From Abditibacterium sp. (lineage in GTDB: Bacteria > Armatimonadota > Abditibacteriia > Abditibacteriales > Abditibacteriaceae), in contig OZ251992.1 of assembly GCA_965246885.1 (NCBI GenBank), positions 224,001-288,000 on the forward strand: 64,000 nt of DNA. Reading direction: 5' to 3'. The notes under the pieces were generated by a model that was not told the DNA's origin, did no database searches, and worked only from the letters and a program-made list of their open reading frames with translations. This document shows, piece by piece, positions 57,075 to 64,000 of the stretch. A program made the translations under genes and the position numbers. Position 1 is the stretch's first letter. The number at the start of each line of letters is the position of its first letter.

Positions 57075-58286
57075 ATGCACGGCAAAACAATCGTTCTGGG
57101 CATCGGCGGCGGGATTGCTGCCTACAAAATCGCGGATTTGGCGTCGAAACTAACGCAACGGGGAGCGGATGTGCATGCCGTCTTGACGCAGGCGGCCACG
57201 CGTTTCATTGCGCCGCTTACCTTTACGGCTTTGACGCACAATCCGGCTCAAACGGAGCTTTGGCCGACCGGCGAAGGAGCGCGCGCGGGACTTGCGGCGG
57301 GGATGCCGCACATCGAGTTGGCGGACAAGGCGGACTTGGTATTCATTGCGCCCGCGTCGGCGGACTTGCTGGCGCGCTTGGCGGGCGGGTTCGCGGATGA
57401 TTTGCTGACGACGTTGGTAAGCGCAACGCGCGCGCCGATTGCCGTTGCGCCCGCGATGAACCCCACCATGCTCGCACGTCCCGCGACGGTGCGCAACTTG
57501 GCGACGTTGCGAGCGGACGGGTTTCACATCATCGAGCCGGACGCGGGGCGCATGGCGTGCGAGCACGTCGGAACGGGGCGCTTGCCCGAAACGGCGGAGT
57601 TGCTGGAGCGCATCGAAGGGCTGCTGTTTCCCCGGCGCGACTTGGCGGGGAAGCGGGTGTTGATTACGGCGGGACCGACGCGCGAAGCGCTTGACCCGGT
57701 GAGGTTTCTGTCGAACCGCTCGTCGGGCAAGATGGGCTTCGCGCTCGCCCAAGTCGCGCGGGAGCGGGGGGCGAGCGTGACGCTCGTGTGCGGCCCAACG
57801 TCCGTTCCGCCGCCAGACGGGGTGGAAGTGGTGCGCGTCGAGACGGCGGAGCAGATGCTCGCGGCGACGCTTGGGGTGTTCGAGGCGTGCGACATCCTCG
57901 TCGCGTGCGCGGCGCCCGCCGATTTCCGCGCCGCCGCGCCCGCCGCTCAAAAGATAAAGCGCGGCGAGTTGCAAACCCTGTCGCTCGAACTGGTCGCCAA
58001 CCCCGATATTGTGGGAGCGTGCGGCGCGCGCAAGCGGGCGAATCAGTTGGTAATTGGCTTCGCGGCGGAAACGGAGAACTTGGAAACCAACGCGCGGCGC
58101 AAATTGGCGGAGAAACACTTGGACGCGGTGATTGCCAACGATGTGTCGCAAAGCGGCGCGGGGTTCGATGCGGATTCCAACGCGGCGACGTTCATCACGC
58201 AAACGGGGAGGGTGCAGTGGGAGCTACTGAGCAAGACCGCGCTGGCGGGCCACGTGTGGGATGAAGTGGCGCGTTTGTGTCCGTAA
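57075..58286 (+). CDS. coaBC: Bifunctional phosphopantothenoylcysteine decarboxylase/synthase
   Basis: GGIAAYK, PAMN, ITAGPTRE.LDPVRFLSNRSSGKMG, GFAAET. Confidence 0.97.
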   Translation: MHGKTIVLGIGGGIAAYKIADLASKLTQRGADVHAVLTQAATRFIAPLTFTALTHNPAQTELWPTGEGARAGLAAGMPHIELADKADLVFIAPASADLLARLAGGFADDLLTTLVSATRAPIAVAPAMNPTMLARPATVRNLATLRADGFHIIEPDAGRMACEHVGTGRLPETAELLERIEGLLFPRRDLAGKRVLITAGPTREALDPVRFLSNRSSGKMGFALAQVARERGASVTLVCGPTSVPPPDGVEVVRVETAEQMLAATLGVFEACDILVACAAPADFRAAAPAAQKIKRGELQTLSLELVANPDIVGACGARKRANQLVIGFAAETENLETNARRKLAEKHLDAVIANDVSQSGAGFDADSNAATFITQTGRVQWELLSKTALAGHVWDEVARLCP

Positions 58287-58387
58287 CCGCAGAAAAGAAG
58301 TGGCGACGCGGAACCAAGTGTTGTGTTTGCTACATTTTGAGGGTGCCCGTTTGCGTCTGGCCGCGAACGTGCGCCCGCGCCCCCTTT

Positions 58388-59404
58388 ATGCCCCACCCCG
58401 CCGAAGCCGAATCGCTGCGCGCTCTTTTGTGCGAACTGCAGAACTCCATCCGCGACGCCCTACTGCACGAGCGGCGCGAGGTGGGCGAGGGAGACTGGGC
58501 AATTGTCGTCGGGCAAACGGGCGCCGACACCATTTACGCCCTCGACCGCATCTCCGAAGCGGCGATTAGCGCGTGGTTCGGGGCGCACTGGCCCACGTCG
58601 GAGCCGGTGGAAGTGGTGATGGAAGGATTGGAAGACGGCGAGGTCGTCACCTTCCCCCTCGGAACGCCGGTTGGAGAGACGAAGTGGAAGTGCATTCTCG
58701 ACCCGGTGGACGGCACACGCGGGCTGATGTATGACAAACGGAGCGCGTGGAGCTTGGCGGGTATCGCGCCGCAACGAGGTGCGGCGACGAACCTCGCCGA
58801 CATCTGCGTCGCGGCGATAACCGAACTGCCCACGAGCAAAGGGTATCTGGCCGATCAGGTGTCCGGCGTGGTGGGGTGCGGGCGCGCAGGGCTGGTGTGC
58901 CAGCGCGTCAACATCTTGGACGGCACGCGGGCCTCGTGGACGCCGCGCCCTTCGGCGGCGAGCGACTTCCGGCACGGATTTGCGGCCTTAGCGCGCTTTT
59001 TCCCCGAAGGCAAGGCGCTACTGGCGCGCGTCGAGGAGGAACTGTGGGGGGAACTGGTGGGGTTGGGACAGGAAGCGGCGCCGGTGGTGTTCGACGACCA
59101 GTACATCTCGACGGGCGGGCAACTGTTCGAGATTCTCGTCGGGCACGACCGCATGCAAGGCGACCTGCGGCCCTTGGCGTATGCAAAACTGGGGCTGCAC
59201 TCGACGCTGGCGTGCCATCCCTACGACATTTGCACGGCGTTCCTACTCCGAGAAGCGGGGGGCGTGGTGGAGGGGGTGCAGGGCGAACCGCTCCGCGCGC
59301 CACTCGATACCACAAGTTCGGTCTGTTGGATGGGGTATGCCAACGAAACGCTCGCGGCGCAGGTGCGGCCCGTGTTGCGGCGGCTGGTCGAGGTGCATTT
59401 ATGA
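58388..59404 (+). CDS. Inositol monophosphatase (FIG) family protein
   Basis: DTIY.LD..SE, ILDPVDGTRG, HPYD...EAGGVV. Confidence 0.85.
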   Translation: MPHPAEAESLRALLCELQNSIRDALLHERREVGEGDWAIVVGQTGADTIYALDRISEAAISAWFGAHWPTSEPVEVVMEGLEDGEVVTFPLGTPVGETKWKCILDPVDGTRGLMYDKRSAWSLAGIAPQRGAATNLADICVAAITELPTSKGYLADQVSGVVGCGRAGLVCQRVNILDGTRASWTPRPSAASDFRHGFAALARFFPEGKALLARVEEELWGELVGLGQEAAPVVFDDQYISTGGQLFEILVGHDRMQGDLRPLAYAKLGLHSTLACHPYDICTAFLLREAGGVVEGVQGEPLRAPLDTTSSVCWMGYANETLAAQVRPVLRRLVEVHL

Positions 59405-60612
59405 CCGCGCGCGGCGAAGCGGGCGGACGGCTCGACGTGCTGGGCGGCTTGTTCGGGGAAGCGGGCATCTTGGCATTGTCCAAGGGCACGCGCGCCGCGA
59501 CGTGGGTGGAAGTTTCGCCCCGCGCGGGCAAAGACGGCACTTCCTTTTCCGTACAGGGCGAGCGCGACCGCGCGCCTTTTGTCATCGAAAGCCTTTCTCT
59601 GCGCGCTCTGCTCGCTTTGCCGCCGCACGAATGGCGGGCCAAACTTGGGGCGCGCGGCGCGCCCGACTGGATGGGCAACGTGTGGGGCGCGTTTGGCGTG
59701 TTTGCGCGCGCAACGGAGTGGTGGCCCGAAACCGGCCTGCACCTACGCGCCGCATCCAACGTGCCCAGCGAGCGCGGGTTGGCGTCGGCTTCGGCGCTGT
59801 GCTTGGCGACACTGCGCGCCTTGGAAGGCGTCGCGGGCTATCACCTCTCTCCCAGCGAGGCGGCGCACTGGGCGCTGGTGGTGCGCTGCGAAATCATGGG
59901 CGCTTCGTGCGACCTGAGCCAACCCCTCGCGTGCGCCGTCGGGTCGTCTGACGCGCTCAGCCCGGTGCTGTATCGCCCCGACCAAGTGCGCGAAGCGCTC
60001 GCCATTCCGTCAGGTTTGAGCGTGGTCGGTTGCCCGGTTGGCAGTGAGGCAGGCGAAGCGGGGGAAGACCCCGGTCGCGTGGCGCGGATCGCAGCGCGCA
60101 TGGGGCGCGTCATGTTGGAACGCAAGTGGGGGCCGCGCGCCTTCTTGTGCGAGTTCGCGCCCTCGCACGCAGGGGACTTGCCCGCAGATGTGAAAGCGCG
60201 CGAGTTTCGGGCGCGCTTTGGCGACGCCGCTCTCCCCTTAGATGAAGCGGGCGACGACGGACACGCCTTTCCCGTGCGCGCCGCCACGACGTGGGCGCTC
60301 GAAGACCACTTTCGCGCCAACTTGGTTTCCACTCTGCTGGGTATCCCCGACGCGCGCCGCGCGTTCTCTTTAGCGGGCGAATTGCTGTTTCAATCCCACG
60401 CTGGAGCCACCCGTTTGGGGTTATCCTCGCCCGCGTGCGATGGCCTGATCGCCGCGATTCGGGCGCGCGGGCTACGCGGGGGTTTTCTCGGAGCGCGCGT
60501 TTCGGGGGAGGGTCGCATCAAAACCGTCGTCGTTCTCCTTGAAACCCGCGTCTGGGACGAATTGGAAGCGTTGCGCGCCGACCATTCCCCCGCAGGCGCG
60601 TTTGTGGAGTAA
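59401..60612 (+). CDS. Divergent GHMP kinase (galactokinase/L-arabinokinase-like)
   Basis: GRLDVLGG, SNVP..RGLASASA, GELLFQSH...GL.S, GARVSG.G; ATGA overlap with the IMPase gene. Confidence 0.75.
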   Translation: MTARGEAGGRLDVLGGLFGEAGILALSKGTRAATWVEVSPRAGKDGTSFSVQGERDRAPFVIESLSLRALLALPPHEWRAKLGARGAPDWMGNVWGAFGVFARATEWWPETGLHLRAASNVPSERGLASASALCLATLRALEGVAGYHLSPSEAAHWALVVRCEIMGASCDLSQPLACAVGSSDALSPVLYRPDQVREALAIPSGLSVVGCPVGSEAGEAGEDPGRVARIAARMGRVMLERKWGPRAFLCEFAPSHAGDLPADVKAREFRARFGDAALPLDEAGDDGHAFPVRAATTWALEDHFRANLVSTLLGIPDARRAFSLAGELLFQSHAGATRLGLSSPACDGLIAAIRARGLRGGFLGARVSGEGRIKTVVVLLETRVWDELEALRADHSPAGAFVE

Positions 60613-60674
60613 AATTAAAGCGAGGCACAGGTCGAATCCCCCACCGTTCCACCCTTCCTGCTTGACTGAAGCGT

Positions 60675-62462
60675 ATGGCGTTGATCTCTTTTTCGGATGT
60701 GTCGCTGCGACTGGGCGATGCGCAGTTGCTGGACGGCGCCGCGTTTTCTTTGGAGCGCGGCGAGCGCGTCTGCTTGTTGGGGCGCAATGGCGAAGGCAAG
60801 TCGTCCCTCCTGCGCGTGCTCGCGGGCGACTTGGCGCCCCAAGGTGGCACCATCGCGCTTGGGCGCGGCGTGCGCTTGGCGATGCTGCCCCAAGAAGTGC
60901 CGTCGGGCGTTGTGGGAAGCGTGCGCGAGGTTATTGCGGGCGAGGGGCGAAGCGAAGAGTTCGAGATAGACACCCTCCTCTCGCGGCTCGACTTGGACGG
61001 CGCGGCGCGCTTCGAGGACTTGTCCGGCGGCCTCAAGCGGCGCGCCTTTCTGGGCCGCGCCCTCGCGGAGCAACCGGACGTGCTCCTGCTCGATGAGCCG
61101 ACCAACCATCTGGACATAGATTCCATCGCGTGGCTCGAAGAGTTTCTGGTGCGTCACGTCAAGACGCTGCTTTTCGTGAGCCACGACCGCGCGTTTTTGC
61201 GGCGCATCGCCACCCGCATCGTGGAACTCGACCGGGGGCAGTTGCGCTCCTTCGATTGCCCGTACGACACCTACTTGGAGCGCAAGGAAGCCCTCCTGGA
61301 AGCCGAGGAAACCTCCCGCGCCTTGTTCGACAAGCGGCTCAAAGAAGAGGAAGCGTGGATTCGGCGCGGCGTCGAAGCGCGGCGCACCAAATCTCTGGCC
61401 CGCATCCGCGAGTTAATGGTCATGCGGCAAGACCGCGCGGGTCGCCGCGAACGCGCCGGCGCCATCGAGCTTCAAGCCCAAGACGCCAATCGGTCGGGCC
61501 GCCTCGTGGTTGAAGCCAAAGACCTCGCCTTTGCTTACCCCGGCGCCCCGCACCCCATCGTTGACGGCTTTTCGACGGTGATTATGCGCGGCGACAAAAT
61601 CGGCATCATCGGCCCCAACGGAAGCGGCAAAACGACTCTGCTCCGCTTGTTGCTTGGCCAACTGGCGCCCCAAAGCGGCGAAATCCGCTTGGGCACCAAC
61701 CTGCAAATCGCCTACTTCGACCAACTGCGCGCCCAACTGGACGACAACGCTTCCGTTCAACAAAACGTGGCGGGCGAGTCCTCCACCGTCTTGTGGAACG
61801 GCGAACACCGGCACGTCGTCGGCTTTCTGAGCGAGTTCGGCTTTGACTCCAAGCGCGTGCGCCAAAAGGCGGGGCTTTTGTCGGGCGGCGAGCGCAACCG
61901 CCTCCTGCTCGCCAAGCTGTTCACCCAACCCGCCAACCTGCTCGTCTTGGACGAGCCGACCAACGACTTGGACATAGACACCCTCGACACTCTGGAGAAC
62001 CTGCTGGTCGAGTTCAAGGGGACGCTCCTCATGGTGTCGCACGACCGCCAATTCCTCAACGACGTCGCCACTTCCACTTTTGTCTTCGAGGCCGATGCGA
62101 CGGGCGCCTTGCACCTGCGCGAATACGTCGGCGGCTACGACGACTGGCTACGCCAACGGCCCAAGGGGGAACCCGAAGCCAAAACCAAAACTGCCGCCGT
62201 TGCCGTTTCGCTCGCCGCGCCGGTGAGCGCCGAAAAGCCGCGCAAGTTGGGCTTCAAGGAAACCCGCGACTTGGAAGAGTTACCCGCGCGCATCGAAAAG
62301 TTGGAAGCCGAGCAGACGCGATTGGGCGAACAGATGGGCGACGCCGCTTTTTATCAGGGCGACGCCCAAAAAGTCGCCGCCACTGCCGCGCGCCTCACCG
62401 CCATTGAAGGGGAGTTAAAAAGCGCCTTCGCGCGCTGGGAGGAATTGCTCGCGCGCGCGTAG
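60675..62462 (+). CDS. uup: ABC-F family ATPase Uup
   Basis: Two ABC cassettes, EEAWIRRGVEARRT linker, C-terminal KLGFKE.R.LE.LP..IE.LE. Confidence 0.95.
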   Translation: MALISFSDVSLRLGDAQLLDGAAFSLERGERVCLLGRNGEGKSSLLRVLAGDLAPQGGTIALGRGVRLAMLPQEVPSGVVGSVREVIAGEGRSEEFEIDTLLSRLDLDGAARFEDLSGGLKRRAFLGRALAEQPDVLLLDEPTNHLDIDSIAWLEEFLVRHVKTLLFVSHDRAFLRRIATRIVELDRGQLRSFDCPYDTYLERKEALLEAEETSRALFDKRLKEEEAWIRRGVEARRTKSLARIRELMVMRQDRAGRRERAGAIELQAQDANRSGRLVVEAKDLAFAYPGAPHPIVDGFSTVIMRGDKIGIIGPNGSGKTTLLRLLLGQLAPQSGEIRLGTNLQIAYFDQLRAQLDDNASVQQNVAGESSTVLWNGEHRHVVGFLSEFGFDSKRVRQKAGLLSGGERNRLLLAKLFTQPANLLVLDEPTNDLDIDTLDTLENLLVEFKGTLLMVSHDRQFLNDVATSTFVFEADATGALHLREYVGGYDDWLRQRPKGEPEAKTKTAAVAVSLAAPVSAEKPRKLGFKETRDLEELPARIEKLEAEQTRLGEQMGDAAFYQGDAQKVAATAARLTAIEGELKSAFARWEELLARA

Positions 62463-62463
62463 A

Positions 62464-62568
62464 AAGACGGCGGCGACGCGGTGACAGACGGCGGCAAAAG
62501 AGTGCCAGACGTCCGGGAATTGGTGGCGGACGGCGGCGAAAGAGTGCCAGACGTCTGTCAGCGAGTCG
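62464..62568. repeat. 21-bp-period array (5 units), same family as 31873-32019
   Basis: [AC][AG]GACG at 62464, 62485, 62506, 62527, 62548. Confidence 0.88.
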
Positions 62569-62664
62569 CCGCCGCATGGGAACCGAAGAAGTAAGAATCT
62601 TCTGAGGGGAACGGCTTCGGTGGGAAATTTGGCGCGCGGTTGGCGTCTATGCCAGAGGAAACCC

Positions 62665-63390
62665 ATGACCACTTCGACCTCAACTCCAGAAAAAGAGCGC
62701 GCGCCACTGTCTCCGACGGGTGCGCCCACCCTCACGCAGAAGCCGGACGAGGACGAGCAAGACCCCGAACCGCGCTGGCCCGCCGTAATTGCGCTGGTTG
62801 CGGTGGTGGCCCTCAACTACGCGCTGCCCGCCTCGCTCATCGCGTGGCCGCGCCCGTTGTTCGGGATCATCATCGGTATTTTGCTGATACCGACCATCGT
62901 TTCGCACAAGACCAAAGCGCACAATATCAACCAACTCTTCGGGTATTTGGTGAATGGCATCGAAACGCTCGCGCTCATTGCCTCGCTCTGTCTGCTGGTG
63001 CGCGCCTTGCCCAAGGGCATCGAAAAGCCGGTGCCGCTCCTGTATAGCGCAGTGTTGTTGTGGGCGTCGAACATTTTGGTGTTTGCGCTGTGGTATTGGC
63101 GGGTGGACGCGGGCGGGCCGCACCGCCGCGACGAAGTGGCGGGCCACAAATGCGGCGCGATTCTGTTTCCGCAAATGACGATAGACCCGACCAGCCCCTC
63201 GTACGACCCCGACTGGTCGCCGCAGTTCGTGGACTACCTGTTTGTGGCGTTCAACACGGCTACGGCGTATTCCCCGACCGATTCGCCCATCATGACGCGC
63301 AACATGAAGTTGCTCACCATGACGCAGTCGGCGATTTCTCTTACCATCCTGACGCTTCTGGCCGCGCGCGCGGTCAACATCCTGACTTAA
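62665..63390 (+). CDS. DUF1345-like membrane protein
   Basis: EPRWP, FALWYW..D.GGP, FPQM, W.P.FVDYLFVAF..ATAYSPTD, ARAVNIL. Confidence 0.85.
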   Translation: MTTSTSTPEKERAPLSPTGAPTLTQKPDEDEQDPEPRWPAVIALVAVVALNYALPASLIAWPRPLFGIIIGILLIPTIVSHKTKAHNINQLFGYLVNGIETLALIASLCLLVRALPKGIEKPVPLLYSAVLLWASNILVFALWYWRVDAGGPHRRDEVAGHKCGAILFPQMTIDPTSPSYDPDWSPQFVDYLFVAFNTATAYSPTDSPIMTRNMKLLTMTQSAISLTILTLLAARAVNILT

Positions 63391-63438
63391 GGGGCGACGG
63401 TGGCATGACCGCTTCGATTTGGGTTAAAATTGCGCCCG

Positions 63439-64000
63439 ATGAATGAACCTAAGTTGATAAACAAGTTGATGGCCGAGTTTCTCGGCACGCTGTGGCTGAC
63501 TTTTGGCGGCTGCGGAAGCGCGGTGTTGGCGGCGAAGTTTCTGGCCCAAGAAGGCGCGACGCCGCTCAATCTGGGCATTGGACTGGTGGGCGTGTCGCTC
63601 GCGTTTGGTTTGACGGTGCTTTCGATGGCCTACGCCGTCGGGCACATTTCGGGCGGGCACTTTAACCCGGCGGTGTCGCTGGGTTTGGTGGTGGGCAAGC
63701 GTTTTCCGGCGTCGCAACTGCTGCCGTATTGGGGCGCGCAGGTGCTGGGCGCGATTGTCGGCGCGCTGATTTTGTTCGTGATTGCGTCGGGCAAGGCGGG
63801 CTTTTCGGCGGGCGGTTTCGCGGGCGCGGGCGCCTTTGCAACCAACGGATACGGCGACCTGTCGCCGGGCGGCTACTCCCTTATCGCGTGCTTTGTTGCC
63901 GAAGTGGTGCTGACGGCGTTCTTTTTGTTGATTATTTTGGGCGCGACTGACGCCCGCGCGCCGCAAGGCTTCGCGCCGATTGCCATTGGCTTGGGGCTGA
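63439..64000 (+). CDS. aqpZ: Aquaporin Z (truncated by window edge)
   Basis: [53 protein letters not shown]. Confidence 0.96.
   Translation, partial: MNEPKLINKLMAEFLGTLWLTFGGCGSAVLAAKFLAQEGATPLNLGIGLVGVSLAFGLTVLSMAYAVGHISGGHFNPAVSLGLVVGKRFPASQLLPYWGAQVLGAIVGALILFVIASGKAGFSAGGFAGAGAFATNGYGDLSPGGYSLIACFVAEVVLTAFFLLIILGATDARAPQGFAPIAIGLGL

Overview
GC-rich bacterial chromosome segment from a diderm (LptF/G and LptD-like genes). Gene content and divergence suggest Armatimonadota/Abditibacteriota, which is an inference only. It is mostly housekeeping DNA with scrambled operons: iscS, gatCA...gatB, def, trpA, recO, tadBC, rpiB, dgt, speD-like, lptF/G-lptD, hisB/hisH, rnpA-yidD-yidC-jag, gmk, coaBC, uup and aqpZ. 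Accessory genes are interspersed: a 1940-aa CSLREA/beta-helix surface protein with a beta-barrel partner, a DUF6878/DUF6915-like pair, a Ski2-like helicase, tandem serpins (one frameshifted), a PqqD/RRE + ABC module and an R2K ATP-grasp. I saw no rRNA, tRNA, CRISPR array, integrase or transposase. The most unusual signals are: (i) a dispersed intergenic element with strict 21-bp periodicity around a C[AG]GACG core, at two loci 30 kb apart, plus a third palindrome + 21-mer locus; (ii) an in-frame RnpA-YidD fusion with no rpmH upstream; (iii) a ~320-nt multi-hairpin leader before the speD homologue; (iv) several long REPIN/MITE-like palindromes; (v) recurrent TAnnnT hexamers just before SD-less start codons. 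All family assignments come from motif recognition by eye; no searches were run.
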